A stretch of DNA of 62,507 nucleotides, the filler included, from Nitrospinae bacterium RIFCSPLOWO2_12_FULL_45_22 (GTDB lineage: Bacteria; 2-12-FULL-45-22): the NCBI GenBank assembly GCA_001803565.1. It is 4 parts of 4 records of this genome, joined end to end, with 100 filler letters (N's around TTAATTAATTAA, not from the genome) between each part and the next. Parts side by side here need not be neighbours in the genome. Positions count along the whole stretch, not along the records: positions 1 to 22,408 come from MHDQ01000039.1; 3 more parts are not named here. One strand, 5' to 3'. The position numbers and the translations under genes were made by a program. The notes beneath the pieces are model-generated. The model was not told where the DNA came from and did no database searches. It worked only from the letters and a program-made list of their open reading frames with translations. This document shows, in pieces, positions 1 through 8,170 of this stretch (its first letter is position 1; every line of letters begins with the position of its first letter).

Positions 1-709
1 GCATAAAGCCGATAAAATTGCTCGTTTGAACTACCTGCTCCTGGTGGAAACAGAACCATTTCAAGACAGATTGCTCGCCATGATTCCCTGGCACCAGGAC
101 TATGGTCCCCCAGCCGCTGGCCCGGGCAATGTCTAAGCTACATATCAGGGCATCCTTCAATCCTTTATCGGACATGGGTCTAACAATACCTGTAGTACCG
201 ATAATAGATATCCCACCTATAATACCCAGCCTGGGATTAAATGTCTTATGGGCTAACCTCTCTCCCTCAGGGATAGAAATGGTTACTATTGCGCCGCTCT
301 CTGGCCCGATTACTTCCCGTACTGCCTGGATGATCATACGTTGTGGGACAGGATTGATAGCAGGTTGTCCGGGGGGGATCGGCAACCCGGGCTTAGTAAC
401 TATACCCACACCTGCTCCACCCCGGATAATGATCTCGCCAGTCGCACTCCGCTGCAGTTCTACCCAAATCTCTGCCCCATGAGTAATATCCGGGTCATCC
501 CCGGCATCTTTTATTACCCAACTATATGCCCTATCTCTCTCTAGCCTCACCCCTGCTATAGGGATTGTTGCCATCCTTCCACCAGGGAGAACCAGATCAA
601 CTACTGAGACCATTCTTTGATGGTATAGGGCTATAGCAGCCGCTTTAGCCGCGGCAGCCGCACAGGAACCTGTGGTGTATCCTTCTCTAAGTGAGATAAC
701 CTTCTTCAT
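1..709 (-). CDS. cbiD: Cobalt-precorrin-5B C1-methyltransferase (3' end outside window)
   Basis: Not in ORF track. Manual translation from ATG at 709 gives MKKVISLREGYTTGSCAAAAAKAA, the CbiD N-terminal motif; later GIIGGISIIGTTGIVRPMS. Confidence 0.93.
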   Translation of the reverse strand, partial: MKKVISLREGYTTGSCAAAAAKAAAIALYHQRMVSVVDLVLPGGRMATIPIAGVRLERDRAYSWVIKDAGDDPDITHGAEIWVELQRSATGEIIIRGGAGVGIVTKPGLPIPPGQPAINPVPQRMIIQAVREVIGPESGAIVTISIPEGERLAHKTFNPRLGIIGGISIIGTTGIVRPMSDKGLKDALICSLDIARASGWGTIVLVPGNHGEQSVLKWFCFHQEQVVQTSNFIGFM

Positions 710-1322
710 AGGCTATTAATAAGGCATTTACAATAGCAACTGCTACTGAGCTGCCGCCCTTGTTACCCAGGCAAGTGATATAAGGAATGGTGGATTGCAA
801 GAGCCTTTCTTTGGCCTCTGCCGCTCCTACAAACCCTACTGGCACACCGATAATAAGACCGGGTTCCCACTGACCATTAGCAACTAACTCGAGGGTCTCC
901 CACAAGGCAGTAGGGGCATTACCAATGACCACTACCGCCCCATCTCCTTCCTGGGCGGCCTTACGGATAGCGAGAGTTGCCCGGGTTAATCCAGAAGTGT
1001 TGGCCTGTTCAGAAATATCGGGTTGTGAGATATAGCATTTTACACTGCACCCCACCCTCTTCAGCCGCTCTTTATTTATCCCTACCCGTACCATATTCAC
1101 ATCAGTAAAGATATCCCGTCCCTGGGTAAAGGCATCCTGAGCAGCGGCCAGGACTTGCGGGTGGAAACGAGTTATTTCCTGGTACTCAAAATCACCCGTA
1201 GCATGGATCACCCGCCGGATAATAGCTGCCTGAGCCGGAGAGAGGTCTTTCCTGTCCAGTCCTTCATCTATTATGCGGAAACTCTCCTGTTCAATATCTT
1301 TGGGATCTTTTATTATGACCAT
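687..1322 (-). CDS. cbiC: Cobalt-precorrin-8 methylmutase
   Basis: IEQESFRII, RRVIHATGD, IGNAPTAL and GVPVGFVGAAEAK motifs; likely start MVIIKDP at 1322. Confidence 0.95.
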   Translation of the reverse strand: MVIIKDPKDIEQESFRIIDEGLDRKDLSPAQAAIIRRVIHATGDFEYQEITRFHPQVLAAAQDAFTQGRDIFTDVNMVRVGINKERLKRVGCSVKCYISQPDISEQANTSGLTRATLAIRKAAQEGDGAVVVIGNAPTALWETLELVANGQWEPGLIIGVPVGFVGAAEAKERLLQSTIPYITCLGNKGGSSVAVAIVNALLIAYEEGYLT

Positions 1323-1680
1323 CGACCTCATTTATCCTCTCTAATATAATCTCTGCCAGTTTAGGATGGAAACCAATAGGGGGGCCAAGGATTATATCTG
1401 TCTCCGGGTATTTCTCCTTTTCTTCATCCACCTTTTTAGGCAAGTCCCGGCGGACATGCTCACCAGCTAACAGAAAATATGGTATCACGATGATCTCTCT
1501 GGCCCCTTGCGATACGCACCGCTCAATACCGTGATGGATAAAAGGCGGGCTCAGGCCCAGAAAGGCACACTCTACTGTCTCGTATCCGCCCTTCTCTTTT
1601 ATGAGTTGGGCGATTTGATACATAGACTGATTGGCCCCATCGGCTTTACTACCATGTCCCAATAATAATATGGCTCTCAT
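1291..1680 (-). CDS. cbiX: Sirohydrochlorin cobaltochelatase, short CbiX type
   Basis: LLGHGS, AFL..SPP and PYFLLAGEHVRRDLP motifs; single domain of about 130 aa; cbi operon context. Confidence 0.9.
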   Translation of the reverse strand: MRAILLLGHGSKADGANQSMYQIAQLIKEKGGYETVECAFLGLSPPFIHHGIERCVSQGAREIIVIPYFLLAGEHVRRDLPKKVDEEKEKYPETDIILGPPIGFHPKLAEIILERINEVDGHNKRSQRY

Positions 1681-2525
1681 CTTTGCCCTCCCCACATCTT
1701 TACTATCTCTTTCCTTGCCTCACCTATAGTAAGAGGAATCTTATCAAAAGGTATGCCATCTTCACTTTTTAACCTATGGATCAGCTCTGCTACCTGAGGC
1801 AGCCTTAGCTTCACATTCTCCATATCCTCCGGGGCATTAAAGACTTGTTCTGGACTGCCACCCCGCACAATCTTCCCTCTGCTTAGAATATAGAGCCGGT
1901 CAAGAAAGATCGGTACAAGGTCTACGCTATGGGTAGCCATAACTATAGTTACCTGGTTTTCTTTATTGAGTCTCCACAAAAGTCTCATCATCTTGTACTC
2001 ACCCATAGGGTCCAGCCCTGCGGTTGGCTCATCAAGCAGGAGGACCTCATGGCCCATGGCCAGCAGCCCGGCGATGCAGGCCCTCTTTTTCTGGCCAAAG
2101 CTCAAGTTATGAATAGGCTTCTTTTCCAGCTCCTGAAGCTCTACCTCCTGTAATGCCCTCAATACCCTTCTTTCAACCTCTTTCAGGTCAAAGCCCATAT
2201 TTATAGGCCCAAACGCTACATCTTCAAACAGGGTGGAGGCAAAAAGCTGGTCATCAGGGTTCTGAAAGACCAGGCCAATCTTTTTATAAATCTCTTTAGG
2301 GGTAAGTCTCTTGATATCCGCTCCATCAAGATACACACTGCCATCAAATCCCTTTAGCAACCCATCAATGGCCTTAAGGAGCGTGGTCTTGCCGGAGCCA
2401 TTGGAACCCAATATGCCGATGAATTCACCCTTTTTGACCTCCAGGTTGATGCCCGAGAGGGCCGCAGTACCATCAGGATATCTATAAGAGACCCCGGTTA
2501 GGGACAGTCTTACTGTATCTTCCAT
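1677..2525 (-). CDS. cbiO: Cobalt ECF transporter ATPase
   Basis: Walker A GSNGSGKT, FQNPDDQLF, LSFGQKKR, LLDEPTAGLDP. Confidence 0.93.
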   Translation of the reverse strand: MEDTVRLSLTGVSYRYPDGTAALSGINLEVKKGEFIGILGSNGSGKTTLLKAIDGLLKGFDGSVYLDGADIKRLTPKEIYKKIGLVFQNPDDQLFASTLFEDVAFGPINMGFDLKEVERRVLRALQEVELQELEKKPIHNLSFGQKKRACIAGLLAMGHEVLLLDEPTAGLDPMGEYKMMRLLWRLNKENQVTIVMATHSVDLVPIFLDRLYILSRGKIVRGGSPEQVFNAPEDMENVKLRLPQVAELIHRLKSEDGIPFDKIPLTIGEARKEIVKMWGGQR

Positions 2526-3265
2526 ATTACACCCATTATCAGGATAATGAATAGCGCAATGGTTATCTCGCCTATCTTAAAAGGCCCTTGCCTTAATACT
2601 GGCATATCGCCAGTATAACCCCTTTGAACCATGGCCAATGCTGTTTTCTGACTATTCTCGAAGGCCCTTAGGGTAAGCGCCCCGGAAAGGATGCCAAAGG
2701 AACTCAGCCCCTGCTTTATCCCTGAGTAACCCAGGCGATTTTTCTGGGCATTATAGATAACAGCGGCATCCTCAAGCAGCACAAATATATACCGATAGGT
2801 AAGCATCAGTAGTTCTATAAACTGTCTTGGTATATGGAACCAGGAAAGACCAGCAATGAACTCGGTAAAAGGCATAGCAAAGCCCAGGGTTGTTAAAAGA
2901 GATACTGCGCCGATTATCCGGCTGGAAATCTTTAACCCTTCCATAAGTCCATCCTTATGAGCAACCAACTGGAGGCCAAGGAGGTTGAGAGAAAAGAGCG
3001 CTTCGCTCCCGGAAAAAAATAATTTCAGGAGAAGTAATACCAACGCAATAAACAACGGTTGTGAAAACCTGACGAGTATGACTCGGAAGGGCACCTGCAT
3101 CCTTAAACAGAGTAATAAACAGAGCGCAGCAATAAGTAAAGGGAAGCATATACCCTTACTGCTTAAGACCATTACTAAAAGGGCCAGCACAACGATCAGC
3201 TTTATCCTGCTATCTATCTTTGAGAGGAAATGGTCTTTCCTAAAATATTCAGAAAATAGTTCCAT
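2510..3265 (-). CDS. cbiQ: Cobalt ECF transporter T component
   Basis: Hydrophobic, with DSRIKL, LTYRYIFVL, AQKNRLGY and AMVQRGY. Likely start MELFSEY at 3265; the longer ORF start is read through the heptamer repeat. Confidence 0.9.
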   Translation of the reverse strand: MELFSEYFRKDHFLSKIDSRIKLIVVLALLVMVLSSKGICFPLLIAALCLLLCLRMQVPFRVILVRFSQPLFIALVLLLLKLFFSGSEALFSLNLLGLQLVAHKDGLMEGLKISSRIIGAVSLLTTLGFAMPFTEFIAGLSWFHIPRQFIELLMLTYRYIFVLLEDAAVIYNAQKNRLGYSGIKQGLSSFGILSGALTLRAFENSQKTALAMVQRGYTGDMPVLRQGPFKIGEITIALFIILIMGVIWKIQ

Positions 3266-3400
3266 AAAATTAGAGCCAAGAACAAAGAACACAGAACAAA
3301 GAACACAGAACAAAGACTAAAGCTGCTTTATAAAATTAGAGCCAAGAACAAAGAACACAGAACAAAGAACACAGAACAAAGACTAAAGCTGCTTTATAAA
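3264..3400. repeat. 66-bp perfect tandem duplication (3264-3329 and 3330-3395), each copy carrying an AGAACAA/AGAACAC heptamer array
   Basis: ataaaattagagccaagaacaaagaacacagaacaaagaacacagaacaaagactaaagctgcttt occurs twice, bounded by ataaa microhomology. Confidence 0.95.
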
Positions 3401-3730
3401 GCCAACAATCATTGATGCGATTTCATTTGCTTCTGTGAGTAATTTATTGACCTCCTCTTCTTGGCAATAGCCAAGTTTTTGAGCAATCTCGAGGGAGGCA
3501 ATTACCTCGTAGTTTGACCTTAGTGAAATTTCTAAAAATCTTTTAAACTCTTTGTTGGAAGTATTCCCGCTTCCTTCTGCAATGTTTAGTGAAATAGAGG
3601 TTACTGCCCTTCTAACCTGACTGGATAACCCAAACAGTTCATGTTTTGGAAACCGATTTGTCAAATTATATATTTCTACTGCATAATCAATTGCTTTCTG
3701 ATATATCTTCATGTTTCTAAAGTTATGCAT
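3383..3730 (-). CDS. Four helix bundle protein (23S rRNA IVP / bAvd-like family)
   Basis: FRNMKIYQKA, FPKHELFGLSSQVRRAVTSISLNIAEG and EFKRFLEIS match the family signature; AT-rich compared with the cbi genes. Confidence 0.93.
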   Translation of the reverse strand: MHNFRNMKIYQKAIDYAVEIYNLTNRFPKHELFGLSSQVRRAVTSISLNIAEGSGNTSNKEFKRFLEISLRSNYEVIASLEIAQKLGYCQEEEVNKLLTEANEIASMIVGFIKQL

Positions 3731-3742
3731 GATAAAATCCTT

Positions 3743-3853
3743 CTTTGCTCTTTGTTCTTTGCTCTTTATTCTTTGCTCTTTGTTCTCTGCTCTTTACTCT
3801 TTACTCTGTACTCTGTACTCTGTACTCTGTGCTCTGTGTTCTGTCTTCTATCT
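3743..3853. repeat. Degenerate 7-bp tandem array (about 16 units of TCTTTGC/TCTTTGT/TCTGTAC type)
   Basis: Read directly; reverse complement of the arrays at 3276-3382. Confidence 0.95.
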
Positions 3854-4156
3854 TCCACGAGTGTTCTCCAGTAATATCCGCCGATAAACCCTCCCACGGC
3901 ACCTGCCAGCAGAAAAACGAAAAGGAGTAGGTCGCCCTGGTCGGTATTTATTAGAGGCGCTCTGGCCTCTCTGCCATGTTCCCTGGCTACCTTTTCTACC
4001 ACCGTCTCATCCACNNNNNNNNNNNNNNNAAAACTCTGTTCTTTGCTCTTTGCTCTTTGTTCTCTGCTCTTTGCTCTTTGTTCTCTGCTCTTTGCTCTTT
4101 GTTCTCTGCTCTTTGCTCTTTGTTCTCTGCTCTTTGCTCTTTGTTCTTGTTTTCAT
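3766..4156 (-). CDS. CbiN-like small cobalt transporter subunit spanning an N gap, with both ends encoded by heptamer repeats
   Basis: ATG at 4156 overlaps the cbiM stop (ATGA) and reads MKTRTKSKEQRTKSKEQ. After the gap: VDETVVEK...INTDQGDLLLFVFLLAGAVGGFIGGYYWR. Lies between cbiM and cbiQ. Confidence 0.7.
4034..4148. repeat. Heptamer array with a 21-bp higher-order unit (TCTCTGC TCTTTGC TCTTTGT)n
   Basis: Read directly; about 5 higher-order units, running into an N gap. Confidence 0.95.
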
Positions 4157-4873
4157 ACCGCACCTCCAGCCTGTTCAGCTTTTATCATACCTAATCTTAT
4201 AAGTAAATCCGGCCTCTTTTTCACCAGCAGGTTTACCATTCCGGCTGTCATTGCCCCTTCCAGGATGCCTAAAGGAAGNNNNNNNNNNNNNNNNNNNNNN
4301 NNNCGATGTGGTAAGATATGTTGCCCAATCTGCCAGGAGTCCCGCAAAAAAGGCCGAGACAGTAAGGTTTACCTTAAGCCCCCGCAGCATCTTAAATACC
4401 CCGTAACCGGCAAAGGAACCTATCACACCCATAGATACTATATCTGCTCCCCAGGTGCTCAAGCCACCATGGGCCAGGAAGAGGGCCTGGATGAGCAGTG
4501 CTACCGCAGTGATAAGGATGCTTATCGCAGGCCCAACGGCTATGGCAGACATCCCCGTACCTGCCGGGTGGGAGCAGGTGCCGGCTGTGGGAACCGGGAC
4601 CGGCATACAGGAGACGATAAAGACCACAGCGGCCATAAGACCCACCAGGGGCTTAAAGGATATATCTCGTTTTGAAATGGTATTGAGCCGCCAGAGCCCA
4701 TAAGCTACAAAGGGCATGGCAACCGCAAGCCAGAGCGCTGCCCAGTTGAGGGGTAAAATTCCTTCAGAGATATGCATGGCATAAGAGTCTTCCGGGAGAA
4801 ATACCAACAATGCTAAAGTCATAAAAGCAATAAATAATCTTAAAACTCTAAATCTCGGATTTAATATAATCAT
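4153..4873 (-). CDS. cbiM: Cobalt ECF transporter S component (N gap at 4279-4303)
   Basis: Signal peptide then MHISEGILP, GTCSHPAGTG, LAHGGLSTWGA; C-terminus LPLGILEG in a different frame after the gap. Confidence 0.93.
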
Positions 4874-4885
4874 ATCTATCTCCTC

Positions 4886-5664
4886 CTAAAACCGATAGGT
4901 TAGGCCGGCAAGGATATGATAATCTGCCTCTGCCTGATTGAGGCCAGCTTTTATCCCGATATCAAGATCGAGGTTTTCGTATAGGGAATAGATAAGGCCT
5001 CCCAGTATGAAGGCAGGATGGGTGCTGGAGCCTCTGTCTGGATTTGTTCTCCACCTACATTTCCCACCAGCTTCAGCTTTCTTGTCGCGGTATATTCAGC
5101 CGCCAGGGAATAATGCCATACATCCCGCAGCTCTTTACTATTTTTGGTAAAGCCAAGGTTCAGATGCAGAATTATAGGGCCAGTTGCTTTAGTCGAGATA
5201 AACGCCAGGCCATAACTCGTCTTGCCATCGCCAAGCCCTTTTTCATCATCTCCAGTAGGCAGGGTAATGCCTGGCTTCAGGGCAAGGCTCAGGCCCTCCC
5301 GGTCATAAAATCGCCACTTTATTTCAATTCCAATATCAGAAATACCATGTTCGGTTATCATATGGCCCTCGTGATCTCGGAAGCGGAGAAGATGATAGGG
5401 AATGGAGAGGACAAGGTCTACATTGTCCCTTAATCCGGCTGTGAAGATACTCGCTGGCTCGGTAGCGAAATCATGGTTATCTCTGGCATGTTCTCCAATT
5501 AGTTCTAACTGAAATTTTCCCGCCCCTTGCGTGCCTGTGTCATCGGTAATCAAGGGATGCGCTGCAAATACGTCACCCGACATCAATAATACAATCGCCA
5601 TACTTAGGAAAGCATAGTTATTAAAAATGGAAGATTCCAGGATAGTAAATACTCTCTTAAACAC
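4886..5664 (-). pseudogene. Outer-membrane beta-barrel channel (MetA-pathway/SphA-like transporter family), frameshifted near 5048
   Basis: Signal peptide, AHPLITDDTGTQG and LKPGITLPTGD. The shifted frame continues NPDRGSSTHPAFILGGLIYSLYENLDLDIGIKAGLNQAEADYHILAGLTYRF-stop, with the terminal Phe typical of barrels. Confidence 0.75.
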
Positions 5665-5692
5665 AATCTTTTCCTCCCTTCCGTCGAGGTTA

Positions 5693-5839
5693 TGGGAATG
5701 AAAGGTCTCCTGGCTTAGGACTCCCTACTCGCCGATCTTCCCATCCCGATTATCGGGACAGTGATCTTATTGGCTTTCGTTTCCATCACAGTTGCGGGAC
5801 AGCCGGGGATTCTCACCCCATTCCGCTTATTCATTCCCA
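5693..5839 (-). ncRNA. Cobalamin riboswitch (proximal, probably translational)
   Basis: Minus strand GGAAUGGGGUGAGAAUCCCC, CCCGCAACUGU, CACUG, GGGAAG, AAGCCAGGAGACC; closing helix UGGGAAUGAA/UUCAUUCCCA; followed by a CCUC/GAGG hairpin over the RBS. Confidence 0.92.
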
Positions 5840-5901
5840 AGAATTAGTTACTGATCACCGCAGAGGGTCTTATCTACCACCTCCCTCCCCTAAAGGGCCC
5901 C

Positions 5902-5949
5902 AAAATAAAAAATCCCCAATCTCCCAAAATTCCTGGGAAATTGAGGATT
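5902..5949 (-). terminator. Intrinsic terminator (attenuator) downstream of the distal riboswitch
   Basis: Minus strand AAUCCUCAAUUUCCCA-loop-UGGGAGAUUGGGGAUU followed by a U-tract; competing GUUGAGGAU at 5974-5966. Confidence 0.75.
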
Positions 5950-6011
5950 GCACCCAGCTTCCTTCATCCTCAACTATACCCCCCTACCCGCGGAGGAGTA
6001 TTAGCGACCAT

Positions 6012-6203
6012 CATATAGGCAGGTCTTCTGGCTTGTGGATCACCCTACTACCAACGCCTTCCCACCTTACTGAAATAAGGCAGTGGCTTTACCCTGGCCT
6101 CTTTTCGGCAGGGCTGTTAGTTTCGTCCCCACTCACAGCGGCGGGACCACGACCGCTTCTAACGGCTCTTCCCTTTTAATCCCTAAAAAACGGAACCTAT
6201 ATG
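6012..6203 (-). ncRNA. Cobalamin riboswitch (distal)
   Basis: Minus strand AAAAGGGAA, CCCGCCGCUGU, GCCACUG, GGGAAGG, AAGCCAGAAGACCUGCC; closing helix CAUAUAGG/CCUAUAUG. Confidence 0.95.
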
Positions 6204-6436
6204 AATGAAAGTCTTTAGTTATTAAACCAAAAATCAACCTAAATAGCAAGATAAATTTTTCCTGACAAAATCCAGGGTATGAGCTATTATAAAAATATGA
6301 TATAAAATATTAAGTCAACCCTCTCGTGAAACTCCATTATTAGAACCATTGGAGAATCGGACCTGGAGAAAACCTCCATCCCCTGACAGGCACTACGGAA
6401 CATGGTGGCCAGACTTAGGATGAAGGAGGGATATCT

Positions 6437-7069
6437 ATGAAAAAGAGGGTAGTAATAACCGGATTGGGAGCTATAACACCTTTAGGTACTGGCCGGCAAA
6501 AGAACTGGGAAAAAGCCTTGCAGGGGAAGTCCGGCATAAGAAGGATCACCATCTTTGACCCCTCACCCTACCCTACCCAGGTTGCCGGTGAAGTACCCGA
6601 TTTTGACCCGACTGCTTTTATGGATAGCAAGATGCTCAAGCGTATGGATACTTTTATCCAGTATGCCCTGGTAGCTAGCCTCATGGCCATGGAGGATGCT
6701 GGCCTGGTACCCGAGGGAGTAGATTATATTAATGCCCATGGGACCTCTACCCCTTATAACGATAAGTGCGAGACCCTGGCAATCAAAAAGGTATTTAGAG
6801 ATCAGGCCTATAAATTAGCCATTAGCTCCAACAAGTCCATGATTGGGCACTTGATGGGTGCCTCTGGAGGAGTAGAGGCCCTATTTACTATCCTGACGCT
6901 ATATCACGATATCATACCCCCGACCATAAACTATGACCACCCTGATCCAGACTGTGACCTGGATTATGTGCCCAATGTCGCAAGGCCGCAGACGGTTAAC
7001 GTAGCCCTTTCTAACTCCTTTGGCTTCGGTGGGGTAAACGGTACCCTGGTATTTAAGAAATATGAATAG
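6437..7069 (+). pseudogene. fabF: 3-oxoacyl-ACP synthase II with an in-frame internal deletion of about 200 aa
   Basis: FabF N-terminus (KRVVITGLG...AMEDAGL) joined directly to the C-terminal part ([30 protein letters not shown]); catalytic Cys region absent. Confidence 0.85.
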
Positions 7070-7133
7070 AGGCAAGAGGGAATAGGCGATGGGCTCTGCT
7101 GGGTCATAGCCTCTAGCCTCGTGCCTCTAGCCT
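7068..7133. repeat. Short inverted heptamer arrays (GGCAAGA-type vs GCCTCTA-type)
   Basis: agaggcaagagggaataggcgatgggc followed by atagcctctagcctcgtgcctctagcct, intergenic. Confidence 0.65.
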
Positions 7134-7147
7134 GGCGAGGAATAACT

Positions 7148-8053
7148 ATGTTATTGATAACGGGTGGAACGGGTTTTGTAGGAAACAGTATAGTAAAGAA
7201 AGCCCTGGATAAAGGGCTAGATGTGAGATTGTTAATTCATCGCCGAAAAAGGCCAGAATTCTCACAACACCCTAAAGTTAACCAGGTGGTAGGAGATATT
7301 TTACAACCTGAGACCCTGACTAAAGCCTTAGAGGGTGTAGATGCTATTATCCATTTAGTAGGGATTATAGTAGAAACCAAAGGGGCCAGTTTTGAGGCTA
7401 TCCATCATCAAGGCACAATAAATATAGTAACCGCAGCCCAAAAAGCTGGCATTAAAAGGTTCATCCAGATGAGCGCCCTGGGTAGTAGCCCTGCAGCAGC
7501 CAGCCGCTACCATCAGACCAAAGGGAAGGCCGAGGAATATCTTAGGGCCAGTGGCCTTGATTATACCATCTTCCGCCCCTCCATCATCTTCGGCCCAGAA
7601 GATCAATTTATTAATTGGTTATGTCAGGTAATCAGATACTCTCCCATAATACCTATTATCGGCCCTGGGACTAATAAGCTACAGCCTATCTATGTAGAAG
7701 ATGTAGCCGAGTGCTTTATCCAGGCCCTAAATAAGACTGATACCATAGGTAGGAGTTATGACTTAGGGGGGCCAGAACAATTCACTACGGAAGGTCTTAT
7801 AGACCTGCTCCTAAAGCTCCTTAATAAAAATCGCCTAAAGATCCATCTGCCCATCCCGCTTATGAAGCTCAATGCCGGCTTAATGGAAAGGTTCTTGCCT
7901 AATCCTCCCCTTACACAGGATCAACTCCTCATGCTTCAGCAGGACAATATCTGCGATACCGAGCCTGTAATAAAAGACATCGGGCTCCAGTTGATGTCCC
8001 TGGATAAAGTTATAAGCCAATACCTTATTGACATTCTCTACTCTTTTTGCTAG
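7148..8053 (+). CDS. NAD(P)-binding SDR, complex I NDUFA9-like
   Basis: ITGGTGFVG, IIHLVGII, MSALG, YHQTKGKAEE, FRPSIIFG. Confidence 0.88.
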   Translation: MLLITGGTGFVGNSIVKKALDKGLDVRLLIHRRKRPEFSQHPKVNQVVGDILQPETLTKALEGVDAIIHLVGIIVETKGASFEAIHHQGTINIVTAAQKAGIKRFIQMSALGSSPAAASRYHQTKGKAEEYLRASGLDYTIFRPSIIFGPEDQFINWLCQVIRYSPIIPIIGPGTNKLQPIYVEDVAECFIQALNKTDTIGRSYDLGGPEQFTTEGLIDLLLKLLNKNRLKIHLPIPLMKLNAGLMERFLPNPPLTQDQLLMLQQDNICDTEPVIKDIGLQLMSLDKVISQYLIDILYSFC

Positions 8054-8077
8054 CTTATTCTGACATTGTCACATTAA

Positions 8078-8111
8078 AGATTGCTTCGTCGCTTGCGATC
8101 TTCGCAATGAC
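8078..8111. repeat. REP-like palindromic unit (GATTGCTTCG...CGCAATGAC family)
   Basis: Same unit recurs as an inverted pair at 56934-57013. Confidence 0.7.
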
Positions 8112-8170
8112 AGTTGGTGAACTTTTTATGCCCGTTTATGCCAGGGAACAAAAAAAGGATTTAGGTTACG

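Noticed and set aside
102-544. Plus-strand ORFs at the window start
   Set aside because: Antisense shadows of cbiD.
3264-4148. CRISPR array
   Set aside because: Contiguous 7-bp units with no unique spacers and no cas genes.
3641-4675. Plus-strand ORFs rich in LCSLLFA (3641, 3745, 3976, 4043)
   Set aside because: Translations of the repeat antisense to the cbi operon.
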